From assembly GCF_009914755.1 (NCBI RefSeq), contig NC_060936.1: 64,000 bases of DNA; one strand, written 5' to 3'. Below, piece by piece: positions 50,770-64,000 of this stretch (its first letter is position 1; the number at the start of each line of letters is the position of its first letter). Both the position numbers and the translations under genes were made by a program. Below the pieces are notes generated by a model. The model was not told the DNA's origin. It saw only the letters and a list, made by a program, of their open reading frames with translations, and searched no databases. This DNA is from the human T2T-CHM13v2.0 reference genome, Homo sapiens.

Positions 50770-53700
50770 ACCCAAATTCAAAAAAAAAAATGATAATTTA
50801 TTTTTAAGGTAAAAATAATCCATGAAGATAAAAGAAACATATGTCTGCGTGCTACTTTACAATGTTGGTTTTAAAGATAAGCACATGGGTAAAAATGAGG
50901 GTGATCCTTATTCAAAAATAACATCTGACTACTATAAAAATATTTGCATATATAAGTTTGACAAAGAAAAGAAAATCAATGTTAAACCATTAAATCTGAG
51001 CACTGTTAGACTTGATTAATCCATGCACATGATTTTTTTTGAGTAGGGAGCATTAGTACCTGGTGCTAGAGAATAGAACCCTCAAATAATTTTTAGAATT
51101 CTTACCTAATATGTAAAAGTCTGCATGACTCTTAACAATGAGTCACATCCATTGATTTTACAGGGATTTTAGTTCGTAATCCAGAAAGTAATAATCAGGG
51201 ATTTTATTTTAATCAGGCATCAATCCAGATTCACTGTTATACTGAAATATCAAAGTAAAATCCTAGTTGGCAGGATTGTAAGTAGACCGAATTCTAATTT
51301 TTCCCAACACATAGTGGTAATTGGAGGTTACTGTTATGAATACTCCATCTGACTACGACTAAGAGAGTGAGGGGTGGTTTTAATGAACCCTCTAAGCTCT
51401 CTCAGTTCCTTCCCTTCCACAAAATGCAAGAGCAAAAGCAAACTACAAACAGGCCTTGTGCTCAACCACTGGAAATGCCTCCTGGGATAAGAATGGCAGC
51501 ACTTGAAAATTCTGCCCTCTACTGATGAGACTTCCTGCTGCCTTTGGACATAACTAAGCCAGGAAACTTTAAAAGCCTTCTAGAAATAGAGGCACTGTAT
51601 GACTTGCAATCGTAGGTATAGTTTATAACCTGATAGCAAAAAACTTGAAATATTGCAGCCCAGTTTAATTCAGCACTTTCCCATTTTCATAACTATGTGA
51701 AAACATCTGGGAATTTGAATCACTCCTGAATACAGAGGCATATTCTTTTTAAACTATAAATACCATTTTGAGTGAGAAAGTACTTTTAAACAAGAAAGAA
51801 ATTGTACATTATGACTAAAGTTATAAATACAATATTTATATCTATAAATCTGAAGTTTAACATGATTAATTTAAAAAGTATTTAGTGCTTGACAAAGTAG
51901 TGTCACTCTTAAGATGTCAAAGGGAATTAGCCATTTTTTTTATTGTAATAAAGGCAGGTGCTATTTTTTTCTGGTGAGATTGCACCTGGATACCAGGCTT
52001 TTGTAATAGTTAACATTAAACATTTGATTCATAAAGTTAATTCACTGCTTAAGCATGTGGCTCATATTTAGGAAGCTATATAAAATTCAGTTTTTCATTT
52101 AACATTTGCTCTTTTGCATATGAAGAGATATTTGTATTTTTCAAATGTTAAGTAAAACAAGATGTGCCAATATCATAGGTAAATAAATTAGGGAAAATGT
52201 GGGACTTTATGGCTGTTTTTAATTTAGTTTCACCCGATCTTGATTCTTGAATTAGCTATGTTTATATTTTTAGTTCTTTTTTATTCAACTCAGATTTGTC
52301 AAGAAATGTAACCTCTAAATTGTGTAGTACCTCTCCAATCATAAATTTTCAAAAAAAAATTCTACTTTCCAAAAAGTGTCTTGAATTCTCTGAAAAGGCA
52401 CATTAAACTAATATGAACATCAGATACCAGGGGGAAATAAATGGCAAAGTAATAATCATGAGGTTTTAGGTCAAAGACTACATTATATATATTTTTTATT
52501 ACCTTCTAGTAGAGACATCCTCCTGGGTGCATTTCAGTGGCCTTCTCCAGGGAGGAGGTTTATTTACTTACTGATGAGTTTCTCGTCACGTCAAAACCAG
52601 TTCACATTTGTCTGGCTGCTCTTTGGTTGTCTTCATTCGTTATTTATTTCTAACACTGTATTAAATTGTTAGAAAAGAAAGTAAAACTTGCACATTCAAA
52701 GCACATGATTTGTACAGTCACACCTGGCAGTAGCACTGCACAGTTACAAATATGCACACACGTTAACTGCTATGCATAAATATTGACAGTTAAACCAGAA
52801 CACAATTGAAACAGTGACATAAATACCTACAGGATTCAGAATTGTTCCAGGGTAATATAAATTATTCTACTTGTTCACTCTCCCCACCCTCTTGAACTTG
52901 TTAGAAGATTTGCTGCTTTAGCAGAATCTTTCCAAGATTGAGAAAAGTGTATCAACCTAGGATTTTCATTACTATATAGTCACATAAATGGAGGAGGAGA
53001 TATATTTGGCTTCTGCCTCTGCAACAATTAGTATGAACATATTTCTTTCTCTAGGGAATAATAGGTTTTAAACATTTGAGATATCATGAAGCAAAGTCAG
53101 GGTATACCACTACAATCCCCACTAATCTCTATTCCCACATTATGAAATTGTACAGAAGAAAGGGTGTCATTAAATCAAGGTATCCAGATAATTCATGGCT
53201 ACTTTAACTATTTTTTCATTCGTGTTAACTGAGCCCCCCATATTTTTTACTACTTAACCTTAAATATGCCATCACTAATTTATGAATAGAACATTGTGTT
53301 TGCACTTTTCCTGACCTATCCTCACCCCCTTTCCTGATCCTTTTTGCATTCACCTAGCACACCTTAAGAGACAAAAAATCAGGTTTTAGTGTATTTCACA
53401 TTGGAAGACATGATGTTTTCTCAGTATAAATCTACAGGACTCATAAACAATCACTTTTTTGGTGCCAAGTTTCAACCCTTTAGCTCATGGACTCATTGGC
53501 CTCAGCCTAATACTAAGAAACAAGTAAAATAATTAGATTTTCTATGTTTGAATGTGCACTTTAAAAAATCTAGATAATTTATACTCATTCTTTTCTGGCT
53601 GTACAACATGACAATCAAGAATATAGAAAAGAAGACTAAAAGATATATGATATAAATGTAAGTTTTTATGTAGATGACATAAATATGAAGAGATATTCTT

Positions 53701-54069
53701 GGTCAGTTGGTTGAAACATTTTTTATCTAAAACACCTTTAAAAAATCCCTTTCATATGTAGAATGTGGAAGGCTTTTAATAAAACAAAAATTATTATTTT
53801 TAGGCTTAATTTAATAGGGAGATTGGATGCATAGTGGAAAGGGAACTAATATTTATATGTTATGCATTTTGCTTATGTAATGCCTTTCAATATGAAAACC
53901 AAAACCATGGCAGAATTATTACTAGCTTGATATGACAGATGAGTGAAAACAAAAAACAAGCTCAGCAGACTACCCAAAGTTAAAAGGTAGTATGAACCAA
54001 AATTAAAACTCAGGTTTACGTAACCAGAAAGATCCCCGAGGTGTTCACTACCGTGCTGCCTCCCAATAG

Positions 54070-54555
<486 letters not shown>

Positions 54556-54800
54556 TTGAATATGTAATTTCTGATTGCCTGCTTTTCTCCCCAATGCAAA
54601 TTATCTCAAATAATGATAATTATTACATATAGACATAATTACTTCAATATGACTCTTTTTCTCATAAAAATAATGACATATTTGAGTCAGGCATAATACA
54701 TTTTTTCTGAGGTTGGAGTTAGCAGGAAAATGTTATCTTTTATGAATAAATAATTCCCAGATTGGTTGCTACATATCATGATTCAAAAAGTAAAATAATT

Positions 54801-54963
54801 ACCTGGATGTGGTGATGTGCACCTGTAGTCCCAGCTACTCGGGAGGCTGAGACGAGAGGGTCATTTGAGCCCAGGAAGTTGAGGCTTCAGTGAGCTATAA
54901 TGGCCCCACTTGCAGTCCAGCCTAGGCAATAGAGTGAGAATCTGTCTCTATTAAAAAAAAAAT
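54801..54963 (+). mobile_element. FRAM / AluJ right-arm monomer
   Basis: cacctgtagtcccagctactcgggaggctgag...cagcctaggcaatagagtgag followed by an A tail. Confidence 0.85.
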
Positions 54964-56455
54964 AAAATGTTCTTACTAGAAAACATTATATTTAGAATTT
55001 TAGTGATTATTCCATTTATAATATTATCCGTAGCTACCAAAAAAAAGATTATAAGATACAAATGATTTGGTTTACCCATACAGTTACATATTAATTTTCA
55101 TCATTTAATACAACTTACCCTACACCGTAGCTTATTTTTCAAGTTTCTCTGAACATCTTTGTTGTCATTCACCTCTTTGTCTATTTGTTCTGTAGAGAAA
55201 ACAAGTGTCATTGCTTTTGTCTTCTCCATCTAGACTTTTGCAGTCCTTAGACTATAGTTCTCCTTAGCTCTATTCAAATAGTGCACTTGCAAGGCGCTGC
55301 ATTCTTCTCAAAGTCAGCCATGATGCACATATTTATAATTACATACACATATAATTGAATATGATTTTAGAGTCTTGAAAAACTGATCTTCTTTGGCACT
55401 ATCCTGAATGTTTCTGATTTTCTTAAAGTGCCTGACAATATTGAGTAACAAAGCTTACCATCACCACATTGCACCATTATGTATTATTCTGTCTCCATCA
55501 ATGCAGTGACATCACTGATACATCATACCAACAAGATTTCTAACCACAACCATTCAGAGCACTAATTAGCATCTATATTGAGAATATAAGATTAATATTA
55601 CAAACTTGACTTTACTCATCTCTCTTTAAGATTTTGATTTCTGCACAACCATATGCAGAACTCATGTTTGAGAAGGCACTTAAAAGCTGAAAGGCCCAAT
55701 TATCAGTAATTATAATGCTTGCATGATCAAAATTACAAATTATCTTTGTTGATACAATTAAAAATGAGTAATTTTCTGAGCTTATGTCACTTTTTTATAG
55801 TTCTGATTTTCTCTTCTTTCCTATCAGTTGTTTGTACACTGGAGATTTTAGCTCTTTACAGGGTGCTACAATCTGGTTTATTTTAGTCTTCTCTCCTCTA
55901 CTGCTTTTTCTTCACTTTAATTCATTTATGTGCAAATCAGGGAAGAATTGCTGTAGTATTGAGAATGGTCATTTTAAAAGTCTCTACCTTAAGAGCAAAA
56001 TTAATATTGCAAAATGAATTTTTGATTTTACAGAAGCATATGGGAATTTAGATCAAATTACATCTCCCATCCCAATCTCCTGCTTCTTCATCATCTCCTA
56101 AATGTTTTCCTTTCTATGTTTTTATAATATCTAGGTAAAACTTGTTTAGCATTTTTTATTTAATTATGGACATATTTAGTATGGACTTTTGTTTCTTTGG
56201 TATAGTTAGTTACACTTGTTTGCATGATCTACATGTTTTTCAGTCTCCATATATACTTGTTAATAAGGTGAGCAATATTCAGGAATATTTCAGTAGGCAA
56301 TTAATGATCATAAATTTATTCACATTTCAGTAAATATTTTTCACATGATCAAACAGGATTTTTTGTTTCTTTTTAATTTAAATATGGCAAAATAAGCTAG
56401 AGAATCTCAGTGTGAAAACACTGATACTGAACATTCTATTAAAATAGAATAAGTT

Positions 56456-56802
56456 CGTGTAGGGACATGGATGAAATTAGAAATCATCATTCTCAGTAAA
56501 CTATCGCAAGAACAAAAAACCAAACACCGCATATTCTCACTCATAGGTGGGAACTGAACAATGAGAACACATGGACACAGGAAGGGGAACATCACACTCT
56601 GGGGACTGTGGTGGGGTCGGGGGAGGGGGGAGGGATAGCATTGGGAGATATACCTAATGCTAGGTGACGAGTTAGTGGGTGCAGCGCACCAGCATGGCAC
56701 ATGTATACATATGTAACTAACCTGCACATTGTGCACATGTACCCTAAAACTTAAAGTATAATAATAATAAATAAAATAAAATAAAATAATAAAAATAAAA
56801 AT
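56456..56802 (+). mobile_element. Young L1 3' fragment (L1PA2/L1HS-like, non-Ta GAG type)
   Basis: ggggtcggggg, ttgggagata and gttagtgggtgcagcgcacc diagnostics. Perfect 15-bp TSD aaaatagaataagtt at 56441-56455 and 56803-56817; TT/AAAA site. Confidence 0.92.
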
Positions 56803-59678
56803 AAAATAGAATAAGTTGATAAAAGCTCCTCTGTTCAGAAAAACAAAAGAATGGCATTTTATCTCACATAAATTTAGGATGAAATTTTAAAACATTCTTT
56901 TGACTAAGACTTTAATTCTTATATGCATCTAAAATAAATGTTTTGAGTTAGACTCAGTTTATATAGCTTCCTCGTTAGAGTACACATTTTTTTTCTCATC
57001 CTCCGAATCTCAAGAGTACATATTTCTGACAAGCTTTTCAATGGTACGATGGATTTTATTTTTCTATCATCAACTTTCTATATTTAACTAAAGCATTAGT
57101 ATTTCTAGATTTAGTGAAATAGCAAATATGAATTAAAATATTTATTTCTAAACATTAGATCTAATTGTATTTTGATTTGTTTTGATATATTTATGTCTCA
57201 GAAGATATGTTTAATGAATTCATTTCATCCTCTCAACCCTCAGTTTTGATAGGTATCCACATTTTTACCATATAAAACTAGACTGGATTAAGGATTTTGC
57301 CTAAACCTATACCAATACTCTGAATAAATGCAGGGTTGGAGATAGAATTCAGGTCTTTTAACTTCTAACACACTTTTTTCTCCATTGCACTACAGAAGCC
57401 GTAAGGTCATAATGATGATCTTTGTAGAGTAAATAAAATATTTTCCTAGAAATATATATAACAACCCTACTTGATAGTTTATAGCCCAAATGAATATATT
57501 TTTCCAATCATGGTTTGCAAAATCATGTTTGCAAACTTACTTTGAAGACTATTTCCTGATTGCCACGGCAGATAATTCGTGGCAAATCAGAAATAATATT
57601 TAGTGAGATTAATTATTTTGCACAATATATGTTGTTATAGCAATATCAAAATCATTTAAAACATCAATATTGTATTAATAGAAAACATGTCAATATCTCA
57701 TTAATTCCTTTTTTATTTTATGTTCCTTTTTATTTTAGAAGCAGTGTTCATTTTTTTCTAAAGTAGAACGCCAGAGCACAGAACACACAGTTCAAGTTTA
57801 AATTATTAAATTGTATGCAAGAAATTATTGCCATAGCATAGTCTTGAGGAGAACACCTCTACAGTATTTCTTGATCTAAGAACCTGAACATATGTTAATG
57901 AAATTATTAGAGTAAGTTCTATCTCAAAAATTTCTTATTTTATGAATGTTTTCTTCACCTAATAAACAATACTAAAATCCATAACAGCTGTCTGGCAACA
58001 GTGTAATTAGAGCTTCTTTTATGTTAGAGATTCCATCTACCTCTGCATCTTATCTAGCTAGATACAGTCTTTCTAAACTTTCTCCTTTATTCCCATGTAG
58101 AGAACAAACAAAAATCACACCTAAATTAAAGATCTGTGGTGAAGGGGAAGAGGGGTTGCTATTAGGAGTTTTCCCGGTAAAACTGTAAAAACAGTAATCT
58201 GCATTCAGTATTTGTTTGCCTAGTTCATCAAGATATTTACCCTAAAAACACATTTTAATAAAAATTTGGGTAAACTCATGTATCGCAGTAAAATCTTTTA
58301 TGAATTGGGTGGGCCCTAAAAACATCTGTAGTACGTGATGTGTTTGGTTAGATTCAGCCAAACCGACACCCGTATGCTAAGACTGCATTGTCATTCTGAC
58401 AGGAGGCAGGCCTCAGTAGTTGCAGTGAGTGCATTTACTAATATAAGGATCCTTCTTTGTAGTGACAACAAAAATGAGATTGTAACTTAATCAAATATGA
58501 GTCAGATATAGTAATTCCTGATATTGCAGATGAAAGAGCAGGGTCTTTTCAAGTGCTTGCTACAACTGACTAAATTTGAAGCTTTTTATGTAAAAGTTCT
58601 TCTCCCAGATATTTTAAACCAGTATGTTAATTATTTCCTAGAATGAATAATTCTCCTTTTTTGATAGATTTTTGAAATTGTTTTACTTACTACTTACATA
58701 CTTTGAACAAATATGTTTTTCTAATCCCAGCATTAAATTGAAACAAATATTTAAAATAAGATTGTTGGAATAAAAGTTATAGATAGTCACTTGTTGCTAA
58801 TAAAAGACATTCCTTGGCAACAGCCACATCCAGCTAACTTTTGCAAGAATTTTTTAAGGGATTAGATTTAGGGGTTAATGTTTAGAATTATTTTTAAAAT
58901 ATAAATTATATTTTAGGCTGTATTTTTGTGATTTTTAAGTGAAAAAAATAAAATGTAGTTGTCTTGTTTATTCTATAGATATCTTAATGACCACTGAACA
59001 AATGATCATATTGCCACATGGTCTATCAACTATGGTTACTATGATAGTGAAATAAAGAGGATAGTTTTGCTTGACACCTAAATGATCCAAACAGTTGTTT
59101 TTACATGACTTAAATCATGGCTGTATTATTTCATTTTTAAAGAAAATAAAGTATAAAATAATACATTTAAAATACCTGTCAAAGTTTTAAAATATAAGAT
59201 AGAACCTTCTTTTTTTGCCTTCTTACACATGAATGTACTTAAAGTATTGTTATGTGATCTTGGGATACTTATTTATTTTTGAAATTTTTGTATATATAGC
59301 ATTTCTGAACTTAGCAAATAATATGTGTAAAGGAATTAACCAAAAATGAAAGAACTGGCATTTTCATATGGATACATATTTTGCTTAAACTAAATAAAAT
59401 AACTTAGATTTATTTAAATCAGGAATATTTTACGTTGTTGATCATTTTTAAAGTATATTTTGTTCAAATATTCCTAATTTGTTTTTCAGCACACTTGTTT
59501 AAGTTCTTGCCTTTCAGGTATACTACAGCGTTATATGAACATAATGTTTTAAAAAAATCTTGGTTGTAGTTTCTAATTTTCACTGCATAACAAATTTGAA
59601 ACCAAATGTTGAATTTCTCTGTGAGGGTACTTATTTTGCCTACAGTTTCAAATATATTTTCAAATTCATCTCTTTCTT

Positions 59679-59787
59679 ACTAGACTGTGAGCTCCTTGTG
59701 GACAAGGATGTTATTTTAGTTATAATGACAACTTTAATATCTAGCAAAGTGCCAGGCATAGAGTATTCCTTTATTGAAATGAATTGA
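59679..59787 (+). mobile_element. L2 3' end fragment
   Basis: ctagactgtgagctccttg...aaagtgccaggcatag...ttattgaaatgaattga. Confidence 0.7.
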
Positions 59788-60397
59788 TAGATATTGATTA
59801 TTAAAATGCTACTACAGTATTCTACGATGCAGGCTGAATGTATATTACAGTAATTCTCTGGCTAATTTTAAAAGTAAGACATAGAAAACAAAACACCTGT
59901 AGCATTTTCTTTATTTAAAATTGAAACTCTGTTTTGAATCCTTTTTATTTTGTCAAACATTCTATGCAAATATTGAAATATGCAACAGCTAAACTTTATG
60001 GTACATATTAATTAGTTTTATTTTCTTTTCAAAATCAGAAATGCTGTATTTAAGCTTCCTGGAAATGTCGACAATCATTTTAATGACCAAAGGTGCTACT
60101 TATTTTTCAACATTGACCTTGATCATAAGTGCTTCTATCTGCTGAGCTTTATTTATTGTTTTTGGACAGAAAGTTTGGTGGGAAGGTTGCAATAAAATCA
60201 GAATCTCTCTTGTCTGAATTATGCAGTTTAACCCTGTCCATGTTCCTCTGTACTCTATTCTTACTGTATTTTAGTTATTGTTTCTTACTTATCACTAATT
60301 TTTACTGCAGGTCTGTGCTGTTTCTTAGAAAGTACATGCATATATATTTCTATAATATGTAAGAAAAAACCTGTATTGCTTATTAAATTAAAATTAA

Positions 60398-60403
60398 AAT
60401 AAA
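60398..60403 (+). terminator. Candidate distal polyadenylation signal
   Basis: AATAAA with ATTAAA copies just upstream and a T-rich tract just downstream. Confidence 0.6.
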
Positions 60404-60759
60404 AAAATTCATGTTAAATTTTTGAAATGAAATCTATACTACATATTCTTAAGGGCCATTAAATGCTGTTACTCTATGCTAATCAAAACATAATTTTCCA
60501 CACCAGACCAAATTAAGGGCATTTCTTTTGTCTGAATGGACATAATTGACAATGTCAATAGAAGTCAGACACGGCCAAAAATACAATGAATTCCTAAGGG
60601 CTCAAATGAATTTTTACTGTTGTTTTTCGTGAGTATACATTTTAATAGATTTATACAGAGTAAACAAACGGAGTTCAAAAAGAGAACATTACTGGCATCA
60701 CAGAAGATCCCCTCAAACCCCTTCCCAGCCTATTCTTGTTCTCTGGACTTTTTGTAAAA

Positions 60760-62406
60760 ATAGACCATTTTTTTTAGAGCAGGTTTATGTTTACAGCAAA
60801 ATTGAAAGTCCAAGGATTTTCCATACACCCCTTGCCCCAACACATGCATAGCCTCCCTAATTATCAACATGACTCCCCACCCCGGCCCCTCGAGTGGTAA
60901 ATTTGTCACAATTGATGAACCTGTATTGACACATTGTTACTCAAAGTTCATAGTTTTTACATTAGGGTTCACTTTTGGCATGGTGCAGTAGTTTCAGTGC
61001 ACTGGAACTCTGTACGCAAAATAGTCATCCCAATCCCTTAAACCCTGGTAACCACTGATTACTATCTCCATAGTTTCGACTCTTTTCAACGTTATTTAGT
61101 TAGAATCATACTGAATGTAGTCCTTTCACCTGGCTTCTTTCACTTAGGAATATGCATTTAAGTCTCCTCCATGTATTTTCATGGCTTCAAAGCTTACTCT
61201 TTTCTAAAGTTGAGTAATATTCCATTGTCTAGATGTTCCAATCTAGATGTCCTACTTCAGTAGGACATCTCAGTTGTTTCCAGCTTTTGGCAATTACTAA
61301 TAAAGCTGCTTATAAACATCCTTGTGCAGGTTTTGTTTGGACATAAGTTTTTAACTCCTTTGCATAAATACCAAGGAGTATGATTGCTGGATTGTATGGT
61401 GAGAGTATGTTTGGTTTTATAAAAAGCCATCAAGCTGTCTTTTGAAGTGGCTGTACCATTTTGCATTCCCACCAGCTTTGAATGAGACTTTCTGTTACAC
61501 CCTCTCCAGCATTTGGTATCATCAGTGTTCTGGGTTTTGGCCATTCTAATACGTGTGTAGTATCTTATTGCTGTTTACTTCCCTACTGATATATGACGTA
61601 AAACATCTTTTCATATGTGAATTTGCCATCTGTATATATTCTGGGTTGAGGTGTTAGTCTAGAGTTTTGGTCAATTTATAAATTGGGTTGTTAGTTTTCT
61701 TACTGTTTTAAGAGTTCTTTGTATATTTTGGATAACAGTCTTTTATCAGATATGTCCTTTGCGAATATTTTCTTCCAGTGTGTGGCTTTTCTTCTTATTC
61801 TCTTGACAGTGTTTTTGGGGAGGCAGAATATTTTAATTCTAATGAAGTCCAGCTTGTCAATTATTTCTTTCTTGGATTGTGCCCTTGGGTTGGCATCTAA
61901 AAAGCCATTGCCAAACCCTTAATCATCTCGATTTTCTCTTCTGTTATCTTCCAGGAGTTTTATATGTTTTTGTTTTTTACATTTAGATCTGTGATCCACT
62001 TTCAGTTAATTTTTGTGAAAGATTTAAGGTCTGTGTCTACTTTCATTTTTCTTTTTTGTTTTTACATGTGAGTGTTCAGTTGTTTCAGCACCATTTGTTG
62101 AAAAAATTTTCCTCCATAGCATTCTGTTGCCTCTATTGCTCCCATTGTCAAAGATCAGTTGACTATATTTATGTAGGTCTATTTCTGTACTCTCTATTCT
62201 GTTTCCTTGATCTGTTTGTTCATCCTTTTGCCAATACCACACTGTTTGCTTTACAGTGGCTTTATAGTGATTCTTGATGTCAGGTAGTGTTAGTCCTTCA
62301 ACTTTATTCTTCTTCAATATTGTGTTGGCTATTCTGGGCTTTGCCTCTTCATTTAAACTTTAGAAATAGTTTATTTATATCCACAAAATAACTGGCTAGG
62401 ATTTTG
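60760..62406 (-). mobile_element. Old L1 (L1MB-like) 3' region
   Basis: Decayed ORF2 (KNKVEGLTLPDIKNHYKATV..VWYW) and an old-type 3' UTR. Confidence 0.82.
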
Positions 62407-63982
62407 CATTGAGTTACAACATTCTCCTTTAGCTCAGCAAGTTCCTTAGTATCCACCTTCTGAAGCCTACTTCTGTCAGTTCAGCCATCTCAGCTCTAGC
62501 GCAGTTTTGTGCCTTTGCTGGAGAGGTGTTACAGTCATTTGAGGGAGAGAAGGCATTCTAGCTTTTTGAGTTTTCAATGTTTTTACATTGATTCTTTCTC
62601 ATCTTTGTGGGCTTATCTACCTTGTATCTTTGTGATTGCTAACCTTTGAATGGAGTTTTGGTGGGATCTTTTTTGTTGATGTTGCTGTTGTTTTCTGTTT
62701 GTTCATTTGTTTTTTTAACAGGCAGGCCACTCTGCCTTAGAGCTGCTGCAATTTGCTGGGGGTTCGCTCCAGACCTCAGTCGACTTGCTTTCTCCCATAC
62801 CTGGAGGTTTCTCCAGTGAAGGATGTGAGACAGCAAAGATGGCAGCCAGCTTCTTCCTCTGGAAGCTTTGTCCCAGGTGGGTAGTGACCCATTGCCAGCC
62901 TGCCCTACCTGTAGGAAGTGGGTTGGAGACCCACATTGGGTGGTCTCACACAATCAGGAGGAATGGGATCAGGGACCCAACTAAAGAAGCAGTCTGGCTG
63001 TGTTTTGGTAGAGCAGTTGTGTTACATTAGCGGTGGGAGGGTCCCTTCCTCATCTGGGCCACCTTTATTCTCCAAACCTGGCAGGCTGGAGTGGCTGAGT
63101 CAACTGAACCACAGAGATGGCAGCCACCCCTCTCCCCAGGAGCTCCATCTCAGGGAGAGATTGCTTTGTCCGTGGAACCCTTGCTGGAGTAGCCAAAGCC
63201 TCGCAGGCAGGTCCCACCCAGTGAGGAGGGATGAATCAGGGTCCCACTTAAAGAAGCAGTCTGGTCACAATCTGGCAAGGCAGCTGTGCTGCATTGTGGG
63301 GGATCCTTTCTCATCTGAGCCATCTGTATTCACAATCGGCAAGCTGGAGTGGCCAAGTCTACCAAACCACAGAGATGGCAGCCACCCCTCCCCCAGGGAA
63401 CTTGGACCTGTCTCAGGCAGACTTCAACCCACTGCCATTGGCTGGCTGGGATCCAAGCCAGTGAGTCTTAACTTGTGAGGTACCATGGAAGTGGGGCCCA
63501 CAGAACCAAGTTACCTGGCTCCTTGGATTCAGCCCCCTTCCTGGGGATATGTACAGATGGATTTCCCACTTTGCCAAGGATCCCAGGGCTGGACTATGTA
63601 AAACTCCTGGGTCTCTGAGAGTGCGTGAGCAGCTGCTCTGCCGAGACTCCACACACCTCTGTGTATCAGACCCAAGACCCTGGCGGTGTGGGCTCACTAG
63701 GGGATCTCCTGTTCCGTGGTTTGCAAAGATCTGTGGGAGAAGCATGGTTTCCCAGCAGGCTCACACAATCACTCACCACTTCCCTTGGCTGGGGTGGGGA
63801 TTCCTTTGGCCCTGCCCACTGTTCTTAGTTATCTGTGGGTTGAGATGTTCTTCCAGTCAGTCCTAATGCAAGAACCTGGATATCTCATTTGAAGGTGCTG
63901 AATTCATTTGCCCCTTTTCATTCCTCTCCATGCATGCCACAGACGATCGTTGTTTCTAATCAGCCATCATGGATCCACCCCC
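62407..63982 (-). mobile_element. 5' UTR plus ORF1 start of an older primate L1 (roughly L1PA11-16), with no 3' end
   Basis: 5' terminus (rc gggggtggatccatgatggctg) near 63982 and internal aaagaagcagtctgg repeats. Flanked by ctggct(a/g)ggattttg at 62392-62406 and 63983-63997. Confidence 0.75.
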
Positions 63983-64000
63983 CTGGCTGGGATTTTGATT

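Noticed and set aside
62639-63866. ORFs up to 186 aa with an internal repeat
   Set aside because: They derive from repeated units in an old L1 5' UTR.

Overview
Human-like primate genomic DNA. It holds the 3' part of SLC16A7 (monocarboxylate transporter MCT2) on the + strand: the distal ~41.8 kb of a long intron, the last three coding exons (41796-41939, 45234-46052, 50000-50256) and a probable ~10 kb 3' UTR ending near 60420. The start-codon exon lies upstream of the window. The rest is transposon-derived: four large L1 copies, short L1 3' fragments, Tigger1, Tigger2, MER44, ERV1-type solo LTRs, Alus, MIR and L2. I found no new protein-coding system; the notable signals are structural. (1) Three neighbouring L1s in alternating orientation share non-consensus variants, including a nonsense codon and a frameshift, and two share a ~470 bp identical tract while keeping their own TSDs, which points to local gene conversion. 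(2) One L1 is both 5'-inverted and carries a 166 bp 3' transduction. (3) A full-length sense L1 has a disrupted YY1 site and an intact ORF0. (4) An L1 5' end is flanked by TSDs but has no 3' end. (5) Two ~55 bp inverted duplications sit at element junctions. (6) The 3' UTR holds an inverted Alu pair and a very young L1 tail. Repeat subfamily names and 'consensus' bases come from memory and need RepeatMasker/Dfam confirmation.
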